A stretch of 64,000 bases of DNA from Octopus vulgaris (Eukaryota), in assembly GCA_951406725.2 (NCBI GenBank), contig OX597821.1, forward strand, positions 75,516,001 through 75,580,000, given 5' to 3'. Under the pieces are notes generated by a model. The model searched no databases. It saw nothing but the letters and a program-made list of their open reading frames with translations, and was not told the DNA's origin. Of this stretch, positions 41,225-55,610 are shown piece by piece. The position numbers and the translations under genes were made by a program. The stretch's first letter is position 1. Every line of letters starts with the position of its first letter.

Positions 41225-42060
41225 CTACTGGAAAGCACAAGGCCTCAAATTTTGGGGGAAGGTGATTAAGTCGATTACTCAACTGGTACTTATTTAAACG
41301 ATCTTGAAAGGATGAAATGCAAACTCAACTTCGGCGGAATTTGAACTCTGAACGTAGCGGCAGACGAAATTCTGCTAAACATTTCGCCCAGCTTGCTAAG
41401 GATTCTGCCAGCAAGTCGCCTTTTTGAAGGACAAAATTGTTTGTATTATTCTTTTCTACTCGAGGCATAACGCAAGAAATTTTGGGGGAGGTAGGGTCAG
41501 TCGATTAAATCGGCCCCAGGACGCAACTGGTACTTAATTTATCGACCACGAGAGGATGAAAGGCAAAGCTGACCTCGGTGGAATTTGAACTCTGAACGTA
41601 GCGGCAAACGAAATACCTATTTCTTTACTACCCACAAGGAGCTAAACACAAAGAGGACAAACAAGGACAGACACATGGATTAAGTCGATTATATCGACTC
41701 CAGTGCGTAACTGGTATTTAATTTATCGACCCCGAAAGGATGAAAGTCGACCTCGGCGGAATTTGAACTCAGAATGTAACGGCAGACGAAATACCACAAA
41801 GCATTTCGCCCGGCGTGCTAATGATTCTCATTTCTTTACTGCCCACAAGGGGTTAAACATAGAGGGGACAAACAAGGAGTGACAAACGGATTAAGTCGAT
41901 TATATCAACCCCAGTGCGTAACTGGTACTTATTTAATCGACCCCGAATGGATGAAAGGCAAAGTCGACCTCGGCGGAATTTGAACTCAGAACGTAGCGGC
42001 AGACGAAATGCGGCAACGCATTTCGCCCGGCGTGCTAACGTTTCTGCCAGCTCGCCGCCT
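41225..42060 (-). mobile_element. Cluster of SINE family B units (partial tandem multimer)
   Basis: ACTGGTACTTA.TT.ATCGACCCCGAA.GGATGAAAGGCAAAGTCGACCTCGGCGGAATTTGAACTC repeated four times. Confidence 0.88.
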
Positions 42061-43662
42061 TTCTAACGACCAAATTATTTTGTATTATTATTTAAGGATG
42101 TAGGAGGCTAAGTCATTTGAATACTCCCTAAACTAATATTCAATCACAATCTGAGTAATGTTGAGGAAACTTATTTCGTCAGCAGAATTAAGCCTCACGA
42201 AACAGTTTCGATTCTTGATTGAGTGTATATCTCTTTCTTTCATGCCGTTCAAGTTATTGGGAACTGTATATGCGTGTGTACTTACCGTTTTCTCTAGTTG
42301 GAAAGTATGAGCGACCGACCTTCTTGCTGGAAATAGCAGCTACATCTACTTCAAGTCGTCCCCTTTTGTCTAGAACACCTTTCACGATAGGTATATTCAA
42401 CCAGAGTTAAAGAATAACACAACATAAATTACTAATATATACTTCGCTTATTGTCTTCGTAACTAACTCAATATTTGCAGTGCGACTTAAAATAACATAA
42501 TTCTTAGAATATTATGTTTCAGTGTAGTTTACAGCACTTTAAGAAATCGCTGACTGTTTATGCAATGGCATGAAGTTATTGATTTTTCTCATTATTCTCT
42601 TGATACTTTTCAAATCAGTGGAATAGTTTACAGTTGTGAAGGAAGAGCTAGAATACTCTATGAATGTTTTGGGTTTCTGGGAAAAATACATTAAGAGAAG
42701 TCTGTCACCAGCGAATCGGTGGAGCTAACATGGATTTAATATTGCCTCAGCATGTAGAATATTTCCTTTAAACAATATTAACAAACCAAAAGTAGTATCG
42801 ATCATAATGGCTTCTAACACAGCCACGTGACCATACATGGTGGGGGAGGGGTAAGTTCCCTAGAATAAATCGACGACAGGAATTGGTGGTACTTCGTTTA
42901 TTCTATCACCTAAACAGCTCAGTAAATCAACATTTACACCACTTCTAAAAGCAAACACTTCGATGAATAACGAGCTATCTATCCTGTTAGTTCTGCCACC
43001 TTCTCTGAATGTATGAAATGGAAAGTGTGTAATAGACAGAGATGAACGAAGGGAGGAAAAGAATTGATGAAAGATACACAATTTTTTTCAGCAAGAATTT
43101 GACGCATGTTCGCTCATTCTGCTGGGTATAGCAGTCAAAGTCTCTATCAAATCACATTCCAGTCGCTTCTCATGATATACATTCGAAGGGAGTGCTACAT
43201 AAATAGTACACTTAGCATTATAGAAGATTTGTTTAATCATGATTTATCTGAAAGTACAAATTAACAAGAAGATTTAATTCGGGCCAATGAAAGATCGCCT
43301 CGGCATGAGTGCTCAGTTTGTTAGATAGTTTGGATATAAATTTTCCTCAAATCACACCCTACCCCTTAAATTTAATAAGTACAAACTGACACCTATAGCC
43401 TTACACACACAGACACACACACAGACACACACACATAGATATCAATCTATATACTCTCATAAATGCATAAGTACATACGTTCGTATATACATACATGTAT
43501 ACATATATAAATATGTATGTGTATATATACAATTGATCGACAAATGTCAGGAATGACCATGAGAACAATCGCTGCTCCCACATACGTCATCTTTGTCATG
43601 GAATTTCATGAATCGAAAATCCTCTGAAACGTTTGAAGAAGAATTCAACCGTGAGTTTAACT

Positions 43663-43704
43663 CTTCTTCTTCTTCTTCTTCTTCTTCATCTTCTTCTTCT
43701 TCTT

Positions 43705-43797
<93 letters not shown>
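43663..43797. repeat. (CTT)n(TTA)n tract at the 3' tail of the minus-strand LINE
   Basis: Direct reading. Confidence 0.95.
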
Positions 43798-43798
<1 letters not shown>

Positions 43799-45640
43799 CT
43801 TCGTAACACAGTGTAGGTAAAAATGCACAGGAGTCTTTAGTCATCTGTCAAGTCACAACAAGGACGTCAGACATATGATACTTTCCTTAAGATGAGCGCT
43901 TACCCAATAAGGCTGCTTTTTGTAAGACATCAATCTTGCATGGGATTTCCAGTTACCTTAAGAAGTCTTGAAGTTTCACTGGGATTGAGCCCAAAGCTCC
44001 AGTCACCACTGACATCACATTTACATTACCTTCTCGCATTCTATACAGTCCTGCCATTTCCACTTTCAGTTCGGAGGACTTGGTGATATTTTTCAACCAC
44101 TTTACTCACAACATTCATGTCATTTGGTATGGCTACATCAATGATCTGACAGTATTTATTTCTCTTATTCAGTATGACAATATCCGACCGTTGATGTTCG
44201 ATTACACGATCCGTTTGAAAACCATAGTCCAAGTGGATCACATTTTCCACATTCTGCTTTTTGAGGTGTCAGAAGTTTTATAGATATTATACTTCACTGC
44301 GAGAGCTAGGTCTTGTGCAGCAACGACCAGGCTTTCGGTGGTAAGCTTCAAATCACCTCGCTCAAGCTCTGCCCACGATACTGTATTATCCTTAGCGTCT
44401 TGTGTATTCCTTTCAAACTGTCCTTCCATCTTCATTTCAAGAAGGTCTTCTTTTCTCTTATCCTCAGCTCTTTGGTTAAACTCTTCCTTGCCCATCATTT
44501 CATTTGCTTTTACACCCATATCTTTCGCGGAATATTGCAACAGGTCTTCAGCACTATTTATCAAATACTCAGCAAACGTTCTCCTTTCACTCCTTATACA
44601 ATGGTCTACACTAATTAGTCCTCTTTCTTTCCACATACAGACCATTTACTTTGCTTTAGGTGTAGCGCCCCATGCAGCGTCATCAACTTTCTTGTCCTTC
44701 TCTCCAGTGGTGATATTTCCTCCCTAGTCCATTTGAGGATGGACGCACTATATCTGACCACCGCAATTGCTCAGATATTCATTACGGTAACCAAATTTTG
44801 GATATTCATGATGAATATCAACACCTTCTTCACCCTTTTTTGATACCCCTTACTGACCTTGTCTTTCATTTCTCTGTGTAGAATGTCATCCAGCTCCAAA
44901 ATCCCTAAATATCTTTACCTACTACTGTCGAGTTCACCCATGGTCTTTCTTTATGGTGACCGCAATCCTCTGCAGGCTGCTTTCTTCCTTCTTTTCCTAT
45001 TAAGTACTGAGCATTTGGTGATCCCAGAGTCCATACTTATGTCCCTACCACACTTCTCGACTGATTTAGTTAAGGAATCTATCTGTTTTTTTAGATTTCC
45101 CAAACAATTTCAAATCATCCATAAACAGAAGATGGTTCAATGATGGACTTTTTTCTTCCCACATCGGTAACTCAACTTTCCTTGAGTTTCATTGTTATGG
45201 GTATTAGTGCAATTACAAATAGTAAAGGAGAAAACGAGTCACATTTGAAGATGCTCCTTTTAATATTAACTTCGCCAAGGAATATATTACTTGAGTACAA
45301 TTTGGTTTTCCACTTTCATGCTATGCATCAGAAAATTTGTGATATTGTTAGCAACACCAAACATCTGCAGGAATTCAACAATCCAAGAACGAGTCATCAT
45401 ATCATATACCTTCTTAAACTCAGTCCAAGCCATAGACATGTTTGTACGATGCTTTTTACAATGCCCCAAAACTGTTTTATCAATGACCAGGTGATCCTTG
45501 GTACCCTGAGAACTCTTCCTACATCTTTTTTGTTCCCTTGGTAGTATTTCTTCCTGTGTCAGGAAAGTATGTGTTTCTGCCGCACATATTCCAGTAAGTA
45601 TCTTCCAGATTATGTTTAGGCACTCATGGAGTGAGGAATA
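43798..45640 (-). mobile_element. Decayed R4/Dong-clade LINE (RT + RLE fragments)
   Basis: EQKRCRKSSQGTKDHLVID, MAWTEFKKVYD..SWI, LNHLLFMDDLKLF (~45102-45140), YKYLGILE, GDLKLTTESLVVAAQDLAL, QTDRVIEHQRSDIV..CQIIDVAIPND; ends in (TAA)n. Confidence 0.9.
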
Positions 45641-45666
45641 GAAAAGTTCCTTCTGAAGAAATTTTG

Positions 45667-46035
45667 AGCAAGAGCACTCAAAGAGCGCAAACCTCCGCCA
45701 AGGCAACACCAACGTCCTCTCAACGTTTAGCCGGAGATGATCTTTAAAATGAGAATATCTGAAATAAACTTGACTGCTCTCACAAACGAGAATACAAAAG
45801 AATGAACCCCACCGCCCTCAAAAATTAAGTAAAAACAAACAGAAAAAATAATTCAGAATCCTTGTCCGGTACCCAATCACTCCCAAGATCTAACCAGTTT
45901 GTATCAGTCACGAGCCCAATCATCCCTGAAAGTTTCATCCGAATGCATCCAGCGGTTCTTGAGATATCTTGTCCACGGACAAACAAACAAACGCGACTGA
46001 AAACAATACCTCCGCCTGAGAGAAGGCGGAGGTAA
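45667..46035 (-). mobile_element. Helentron-associated / DINE-1-like non-autonomous element
   Basis: Terminal hairpin TACCTCCGCC..GGCGGAGGTA, subterminal ACCTCCGCC repeat, (GTTT)n microsatellite, short GAGCACTCA/GAGCGC stem at the other end. Confidence 0.7.
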
Positions 46036-46894
46036 AAAGTATACAAAAGTACAATAACTAGCATAAACCATTAAAGATAATGAGACAGGGGTAACGGCAT
46101 AAAGAAAAAAAGCCATTTGCGTCCATTTGTAAATGAATATTTCAGGGATATGAGCATACACACATAGGGTTAGCTCACAAAATATAAGTAACGTAAAGGA
46201 CCCAATGACTTATGAAAAGAGATTTTCACATGACAAAAACAAATTTAAATATAAAAGGAATACAATAAAAATCCCAGAGATTGATAGTTACCTTATAAAA
46301 TCCTTAAAAACAACTATTCTTATGCTTAAGTAACATAAAAAAAAATTACACACGCGACATATACAAACATAACAGTATCGTAACAAATATCGCAGTAGAA
46401 TAAATAGGGAAGAATTATAAGAATCTAAGGAAAATATTTCAGAATTTTGATGAAACGGCGTTGACAAAATCAATGGAAACGAATCAAGGGAAACAACTCC
46501 TCAAGCTATGAATTAGCAAAAGTCCTCCGGGAACAATTGTCAAGTGGAAGCAGGCTTTCCAATGAATTCTTTTCGCAGAAGCAAAGCTCAAACATCAATA
46601 TGCTGAAATAAACTAATTTACTCACAAGCCGTTGCGGTATCGAAAGAAACCAGTGTAACCTTAATTAAGTTGGTCCCTGCACAGAACCAACAAAAGAAAG
46701 AAAATACAGAATAAAAAAATCGTTAAAAGGAGAAAATACTTATCGTTAAACAACGAAGTAGACGAGAAAATGGTTAGGATTACAATAAAGGAATAAAACA
46801 AACATCAAAAGTAAAATATGAAGAAAAAATACTTGGAAATGATAAATGCAAAGGTGTCTTCCATGCGCACAAAGTATTTTGAAATTTCTATTCT

Positions 46895-47010
46895 CCGGGT
46901 TCAGTCCCACTGCGTGGCACCTTAGGCAAGTGCATTCTACTATAGCCTCGGGCCGACCAAAGCCTTGTGAGTGGATTTGGTAGACGGAAACTGAAAGAAG
47001 CCTGTTATAT

Positions 47011-47073
<63 letters not shown>

Positions 47074-47306
47074 GTGTGTGTGTGTGTATCTTTGTGTGTC
47101 TGTGTTTGTACCTCCCCCAACATCGCTTGACAACCGATGCTGGTGTGTTTACGTCCCCGTAACTTAGCGATTCAGCAAAAGAGGACGATAGAATAAGTGC
47201 TAGGCTTACAAAGAATAAGTCCTGGGGGTCCATTTGCTCGACTAAATGCGGTGCTCCAGCATGGCCGCAGTCAAATGACTGAAACAAGTAAAAGAGTAAA
47301 AGAGTA
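46895..47306 (+). mobile_element. SINE family A, 5'-truncated
   Basis: Matches 38428-38835 from the B box onward. Confidence 0.9.
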
Positions 47307-47535
47307 ATATGAACAACAAAAGACAAGAAAATGCAACAAGAGAACTGAATCGTTCTGAGAAGATATCTGGAATAAAAATTACAACTGCGTAATGAAGTAT
47401 AATGAGTAGGAAAGGAAATCTGTAAACATGATCGAGAATAACGGATAAAGAATTTATTATTAATATACGTTAGCAGGCTTGTGGAATTTATACAGTTTCA
47501 AATGAATAAACGTGTATAATATATGGTAAGGGCAA

Positions 47536-48036
47536 GGCGGCGAGCTGGCAGAAACGTTAGCTGAGGAGTCGATGTAATTGACTTAGTCCTTTGCCCCAAA
47601 TTTGAGGCCTTATGCTTCCAGCAGAAAAGATTATCATAAACGTACATAAAGCGGCAAACTGGAAGAAACGTTAGCACGCCGTCGAAATGCTTAGCGCTAT
47701 TTCGTCTGTCGTTACGTTCTGAGTTCAAATTCCGCCGCGGTCGACTTTGCCTTTCATCCTTTCGGGGTCGATTAAATAAGTACCAGTTACGCACTGGGGT
47801 CGATATAATCGACTTAATCCATTTGTCTGCCCTTGTTTGTCCCCTCTGTGTTTAACCCCTTGTGGGTAGTAAAGAAATAGGTATTTCGTCCGTCTTTACG
47901 TTCTGAGTTCGAATTCCACCGAGGCCGACTTTGCCATTCATCATTTCGGGGTTGATAAATTAATTACCAGTTGCGTACTGGGGTCGACATCCCACATCCC
48001 CCAAAATTTCAGGCCTTGTGCCTAGAGTAGAAAAGA
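47536..48036 (+). mobile_element. SINE family B units
   Basis: Same head and duplicated body as 25332. Confidence 0.85.
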
Positions 48037-48899
48037 ATATATAGTAAGGGCCACAACAACATCCACGAAAAAAAAAAGAGGAAAATTATCAACCCTCAAA
48101 GGAGCAGTAACAGTAACTGCAGCAATATCAATAACAACAACAGCAGGAAATGCAACAGCAACTAAAACAACAAAAATACACAACCATCCAGGGCCACAAC
48201 ACCAGAAACGGTAGCAACTATTGCAGCAACAGAAAATCCCCGATCAACAACAAATAAAAAACAGAAAACAATACAACGAACCTCCCTAAGATACCCCCCT
48301 TCCAGACTCAAAGCCTAGAGACATGTGATGTAGAGATGGTAACGTTAAGAATAATAAACGGCAAACAGAAAAACTGCAAAAAGAAAGAGAAAAAGAAACG
48401 AAAATACTCCAAAGAAAAAAGGGGAGGAGACAAAGAAATGTGGGAGGTGCCTTCGAGTAAAATGGCGCCAACACCACCCCCAGCAGCAACTACGCTAGCA
48501 CTATCAATGCCCTCATCCCAGTCACCACCAAAACCGCTTTCACGACATCATCATAAATACAATCATAATGAAATGAACTCCATGTGTCAGTGCAGAAACC
48601 CTTACATGAACAAGAATAAATCTTCAGCTGGACAGTTATAAAAGCAAACAATACAAAACTAATGGACCACAAACACCTAATACTAGTATAACTATTTCAC
48701 ATTAACTAATGGCATTCCACCACATAGAAAAGTTACCCAAATCTCCAAAACAATTATGCAACACTTTAAAAAGTACCCCCAAGGAGTGGGAGGCTTTCGT
48801 GCAAATGTAAGCAAAAGATTATCTAAAGAACTGCATAAGGGACAAAATATCTGTTTCCTCATAGGAATAAAGTGATTTTTTTTCTCACCCCTCTTGTAA

Positions 48900-50900
48900 A
48901 ACATGGCTGTAATCAAAACAGACAGTCTGAATGCGTGTGATACGTTGGCTGTTAGCGAGACCAGAGTTTCCGATCCACAAACCTTGATACCCATTATCGG
49001 TGCATATGGAAATATTTTTGACAACATCGACCGGTAATAGGAGGCGGAATCAGAAAATAAGTTGCTGGTCCTGCTTGTGAACTGTAGCAAAGTGGATGAA
49101 TTCAGACTTATAGCTGTTCACTCACAAACATGAGTAGGACAACCGGATTCGTTCCGGCACCTGGAGATTTCCCTCAATGAAATTAGACGACTAGACGCCA
49201 TCATCGATGCTCACGTGGATTGTGCAGGGGCTAGCTGAAAAAAAGGGGAGCCCAAAAGCTGCGGAAACCTGCTCGGTTCTTTCCAAATGTCTATCAGTTT
49301 CGGACTGGAATTCCAGAATACACCAATGTAGACAAGGGACAAACTGCACCGTGTCATCTAAGTCGCATCTAGATACAACTTTCTGTAAGCCAGTAGAAAA
49401 GAATATACTACATTGTCAAATTATTAAAATTTTCAGCTGCATGGATGACACGTTTACGATTTGTGCGGTCGACCAAAATAGGTTTTTCAGGCATTTACAC
49501 GTTATTCGCTGCACATCGCACTTACAGAAACTGGATTAGAAAATTATTTTAAGTGGGCGTTCTACAACAAATGGTGGTTTGCGCTGAAACAGGTGAATAG
49601 AGTAGAATCAATTACGTTTAGTTAGGTGGTAGCAATAGAAAAGTAGGGAAACGTAGAAACTTTCAACAAGTGCGTAGGAAAGTCACCACAGCGATGCGAT
49701 TCTGTCGATACTGGTCCTCGACCAATTAATTATTGAATGTGAAGCACGGAAGTGCATTATTAGAGCTAAGGTCAGTCCTCTTAGACAATTTTTGTCACTC
49801 TGAACCACGTTTCAACAAAATTGCTGGAAGGCAGAATTTCATTGTCAACTCTTAAATTTTCAGGTGTGAAGTAAAACAGTTGAGGTTTTGGGCCAAAGAG
49901 GTCAGAGTCTGTTTTCAACCCTTTCAGTTTGGCCAACCACACTACACAACCTCTTTCGCTAAGGCTACAAGACAACTAAACACAGCTTGTCCTTTCTGGC
50001 CAAAGGAAGATTACAGGATGATCTTCACTAAGGACTCAACCGATAACCGGATCCATCCTACACGCGACAGCATGTTTCGACTTCAGTCTACGCAAGTCAG
50101 GAATCCTCGGAGAACAGATAAGTGTATGTAGAAGATATCGAGTAGGCTAAGTCGACAGAATCTGCTGTTATCTTAGCCTGCCCGATTGTATAATGTATCT
50201 CGCACCGGCAAAGCCCTTTCTTCGTATAGGTTTCTGGAGATTTCTGGAAATTATCCCTGAGATCTCTCTCAAGAATCCTCATCAATACACTAAAGAATTG
50301 CCCCTTCTTCGTATAGGTTTCTGGAGAGATTTCTCCAGAATACACTAAAGAATTGCCTTTCACGCCCAGTTTTCCCGAGAACATCATTGCGCTTGCACCC
50401 CTTCCCCGCCCACTAAAACACTATTGAACACCAAAATTAGAACTTCGGCCAAAGGCATTGCGTAACTAGTTGTAAGTTGTGAACGCCTGATACAATTAGG
50501 TGTCTGGCGCCCTGTCTCAATATAGGATTGGTCGAGGACTGCAGCTAAGTCACAGAAACGGGCTACGGGAAAATGAGTCTGAGAAACAGTGACCGCACCT
50601 GCTCACCGTCAAGTAAACGCCGGGGATTTCGCAGCCACAGTGCATGCTTGCGCATCATCAGCCACAACATGCCCAGTACTGCATTCAGCGGGTGTTAACA
50701 AATGGAGTTCTGGAACAATGGGACGCGTCCTTTCCACAAGAAGTGGAAGGGCAGTCACTTCAACTTATCCAGACAAGAATTAGGATAAGGTACGGCGGTC
50801 AGTCTGGATTACATGACAGAAGTGGTCCAAGCGTTCGCCGAGTCTGCTCAACGTTTCCGCGATAGCTTTCTCTCGGCCAATTTCTAACTGAGACTGACTT
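48900..50900 (+). mobile_element. Heavily decayed L1/Tx1-like LINE (tentative)
   Basis: AVIKTDSLNACDTLAVSETRV resembles the APE endonuclease N-terminus (xxN...xxET); GC-richer block with no intact frame. Confidence 0.35.
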
Positions 50901-52197
50901 ATTCCGCTCATGACTTTATCCTAGTTCTACTCTTCTTGGAGGTCAGGACCAAAAACGGATTTCAAGCAATTTTAATCATTCCCTCCACCCAGCGTCTCTT
51001 GACGACGTCAGTCAGTATGGACTTGATTCTCCAAATACCAAGCTGCAAGTCTACTTACTTTCCTAGTTTGATTTTTGCTTTTGTCACCGCCTCCTATTTC
51101 CTTGCAGCAGTGCCGATCACCTCTACGTGTCTTGTGGCCGACAATATGATGATAGGGCAATCTGCATATACTGGCAGGGTTACCTCATGTTCTACTTCAC
51201 GCGTAACGCTCCTTCAATGCCCTAGTTCTGTAGTACTAGCTCTAGAAAATCAGTATATAGAAGAGTCGAGAATGGACATCTCAGGGACTGAATATATATT
51301 AGCGAATGATTTTAATAGGTGACCATTGACCCGAACCATTGAGCAAGTTGTAGCTGTACATTGCAGCAATCCAACCGCAGAAGACGGGAAATAAACCATC
51401 TGTTGTGAGGACAGTCACAAAGTAATGTCAATCGACCCTATCGGAAGCTTTTAATTGAATCTGAATTAGTCAGATCCTACTCATACCAGATTCTCTCTCC
51501 ACTCTATCTATGATGCATCGTAAAAGATAAAGGTTGATAGTGAATACCTTTGTTTAGGATTTGCGCACATTTATGCATCGTCTATCAGACCAAAACCGAC
51601 AATCACCAATCTCTGCTAAACCCTTGGTTAAAAGTTTGAAATTTGCATTTAACCGACTTATTGTCAGAAAATTATCCATGTTATCTCCCTTTGTTTGCGC
51701 CCTTTCTTAGAAGTGTCACCACACCTCGACGCATAAAACTTGGAATTCTCTCATTCTGCGGCCGTTACAACTAAGAGGTCTTAAAACAAGTTTTGTATAT
51801 AAAAAGTAAAGCTCTTAAGGCAGACGATCCTATCCAGGCAATTTGCCCCCATGCAACCAATCATTGCTTCCTCTATTGTTCGCGTCTGTTACTAGCATTT
51901 CCCTTCGTGGCTATGCCGTGAAACGATTACTACACTTCACCTTTTATGGTTGCAACGGATTGCATCTTTGAGGTATTTTTCGACGAAAAAACATCAACAT
52001 TTTGAAGGTTCTCTCTTTCAGGGTTTGCTATTATGTCGTAAATCTATCCTTTGTATGTTGATTATATTCGGAACTTATTTGTTTACGTGGGAGTGGATTG
52101 CACCAGAAATGCTTAATTTTTTTCTATTAACCGTTTGTTTGATTTGTAAATAACGGTGTTTCTTTGTTCGTCTTACTACTACTACTACTACTACTAT

Positions 52198-52228
<31 letters not shown>

Positions 52229-52244
52229 GCTGCTGCTGCTGCTT

Positions 52245-52392
52245 TTTCTACTATAGGCACAAGGCCTCAAATTTTATGGGGAGAGGGCTAATCGATTACA
52301 TCGACTCCTATACTCGGAAGATATTTATTTTATCGATCACGACTGAATGGAAAGCAAAATCGACCACAGCGGAATTTGAACTCAGAATGTAA
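52245..52392 (-). mobile_element. Old SINE family B fragment
   Basis: GGCACAAGGCCTCAAATTTT...GCGGAATTTGAACTCAGAA. Confidence 0.7.
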
Positions 52393-53802
52393 AGAGCAAC
52401 AACCGTTAAAAATGCCAGTCCTGGTCCTATTTGACTTAGCAACATGAAATATTCCACAAGATATCATAAAATGACTTGTAATTTCGATTACACGATATAT
52501 TACTTCTCCACTTCTCTCGATGACTTTTACCCGTTTGAGTTCGCCGGCTTTGAATTTCATTTCTGCGGGGATCTAGAAAATAATTGCCAATATTATACCG
52601 GGGTCACTTCAATCGACTGTACCTTATCCTACGAAAAACCATCAATGTAAAGATATTTATTAGTTCTTCTGTGAGAAGGGATAAACATATTGTGTACTCA
52701 GAACATCATGGCATCTAGAGAGTTATATCATCGTGTAATATGTTCCCTGATGATGTGTTGCGCACATTATGAATATCATAACAGCAGAGTGCAATAACGA
52801 GAGGGAATGTTACAATATAACGTGGCAGTGAAGTGACTGTGTATCATAGAGCTATTATCCTTCATCTTTATATGGACATATACAGCATTGATATATATAT
52901 ATATATGCACACATTCATGCACACATTCGGAAGAAGATAGAGAAGAGAGCGATTCTTGTAAATGAAATGGTTTAATTAAGCGTTGAATTACTGCAGTATG
53001 TACGAAATGAATATCATCAGTCCCCCCACACACACACACACACATACACACACACACACAAACACACACACACGAACGCATGCATGCAAGCCAAGCATGC
53101 ATATATGTATGTATATGCAGTTCCAGATTCTTCGATTAATAGGTTTTATAATTTCGCCATCTTACTAGTAACATTAGCGTTGAGATAAATTTGTCTCTTA
53201 TTCTAATCCTACCGTTTGATTTGTCGCAATATCCTTTGATTGACATATAAACCCAACCAAGTTGATCCGAATGTCTGTCGATAATTTTGTTTACTAACTG
53301 CAATGATTAAATAGGATAAGATATAATCAGTAAGAGAAAGCAACAATCTTTGATGTCAAATGAGCTTGTAAGTGCAGCGTGCTGTCGCCCCAAAGCAGAG
53401 AACACGTGTGATCTGGTTTACATCCCACTTTATCCAACAGTCTAGATGATTAAAACCCTGTCATAGAAATGAGAAAAGTTGTAGTGTCATAGCTTAGAGC
53501 TATCATGCTTTTGGCGTACATTGAAATCAGAGAGTCGCCTATTACACTCGCTCTAAAGATGAAAAGACTGTGTGATAACCGATAAACCAAAGTAATTAAC
53601 TCGCCAATTGAAGGGCTCACAAATGAAAATAACGCCGTTACAAAGAGAGGCCATCTTACAAGTGGCTGTAACAGGGTTATAAATTGATCTGCCATGAATC
53701 GCGCGCTGGTGGGGTTTGTTTGTCAGGGCAAAGAGAAGAAAAAAAATATACATGATCTCCCCATTCCTTCCTGGTTTACTTTTAGTGTGCGCATATATGT
53801 GT

Positions 53803-53834
<32 letters not shown>

Positions 53835-54739
53835 AAGAAAGAGAGAGAGAGAAAGAGAGAAGGAGAGAGAATGAGAAAGAAAGAAAGCGTTCGTGCTATC
53901 TTTGCATCAGCATTTGGTGTTGTTGTTATTGTTGGTGTTGTTGATTTTTTTTCTCTTGTTTCTTTTGAATGTTTATTTTATTTTTTTGCTTTTCTCTTTA
54001 TAGTTTTATGTGTATTTTCTTTAATTTTTGTTGTTGTCTTTCATTCAGCTTTTAATGTGTTCACTGCCTAACAACTGTTTATCAGTGTGAATCAGGTTTA
54101 TCTTTTGTTTAAACTTTAATAGAAGTGTGCAGCGTCTACAACAACAACAACAACAACTACAACGGCTTCGGTCACAACAATAACAACTGCAACAACAACA
54201 ACAACTACAAACAATGCCAACAACAATTAAAAGCAATAAGAAAATAACAACAACAACAACAACAACATCAAAAACAACATCAACATTTTTTTTTCCAACG
54301 ACATTGCCTGGAATAACCATACTGGCATCAATCATCGTCAAGATCACCAGCATCATTACAATCACCAGCAGTATCGCATCACCACCGCCACCATCGCCAC
54401 CGCCACCGCCACCTATACCATCACCTCCACCATCACAGACTATTACACTACCGACAACAATAACAACGATAATCACGACGACGACGACGATGAAATGTTG
54501 CAAACGATGAAATGAATATTTCACAAGGAAACAGATGACAATTTAGTTGGTTGGCCACACTAGCATATTTGTGGTGGATGTAAGCAGATGGAACTGATAG
54601 TGTCTGATAAGCGTTACTTTATGTTTAGTGAAGGTACGTTGGGCAATGATGCTGCGATCGTTAGTAAAATTGATGGTGCGATGGAGATGTTATTCTCATT
54701 ACACTAATACAGTCAGCGATAGTGAACATTTTGTATATA

Positions 54740-55610
54740 CAGGTCGTCATCGACTTACAACCTACTCGACTTACGACCCACTCGACTTACGACCGATCGA
54801 CTTTACGACAATTGTCGCGCCATAATCTCTCTCTATATAAAGCTGAAGTTGTCTATGTGTGGCAGGTTTGGTAGCCTTCAACTAACACTATCTCCTCCGA
54901 GATCCTGCGGTGCAAGTTGACCAAAATTGAGAGTATGATAGAAGAAGGCTTGCTCTTCATTCCGTAGAAGATAAAATTCAAATCGGACCATGTGAAGACC
55001 AAATATTATTTACATGAAAAAGTGCTTTTTTTTCTATGAAAATCCCTATTTTTTACAAAATTTTTGACTGCTGTGTCGCCATTTTTCGGTGTATTTCATA
55101 CAGAAAAATGTTCACTTAAAGAGAATAACAGGCTATATAATGTAAACATTTTACTTTTCAAAAATTCCAATTCTAAAGGGCCGAAACAAACTCGAGCAAC
55201 GCTGGGCGATACTGCTAGTAAATAATAAAGCAATAATAAAGAGTCCATTTGAAATCAAATGGGTTTTAGAAATTAACCCGTCTACGGATGATGTCAGCTA
55301 ACAAACGCTTCCCCTAGGTTTGGCTATCGTTCGCCGCTGTGGCTATCCCAAGTGTTGGATGACTATCCTGTCGCGGACACATCGAGGCAACCTCGCATTT
55401 GTTTATAAAACAACTGCTTGAAACTACGAAAGTTTTGACTAACGTCAGTGTAATAGTATAATACAGAATGCTGTGTGAGACTTTTATTTGAGAATGTACC
55501 TTAAGAATGTAAAAATATAAAACAAAGCTATCTAGACCTATAGGCCGACTTACGACCAAATCGATTTATGACCGGTCAGTCGGAACCAATTATGGTCGTA
55601 AGTCGACCTG
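54740..55610. mobile_element. Tigger/pogo-like (Tc1/mariner) MITE with TA target duplication, interrupted by a Helitron
   Basis: ta|CAGGTCGTCATCGACTTACAACC ... GGTCGTAAGTCGACCTG|ta; repeated CGACTTACGACC subterminal motifs. Confidence 0.75.
54826..55218 (+). mobile_element. Non-autonomous Helitron, subfamily 2
   Basis: A|TC...CTCGAGCAACGCTGGGCGATACTGCTAG|T; homologous to 13732-14129. Confidence 0.85.

Noticed and set aside
50210-50360. Short tandem duplication (also 22350-22412 15-mers and 61333-61405)
   Set aside because: Ordinary local slippage duplications with no further structure
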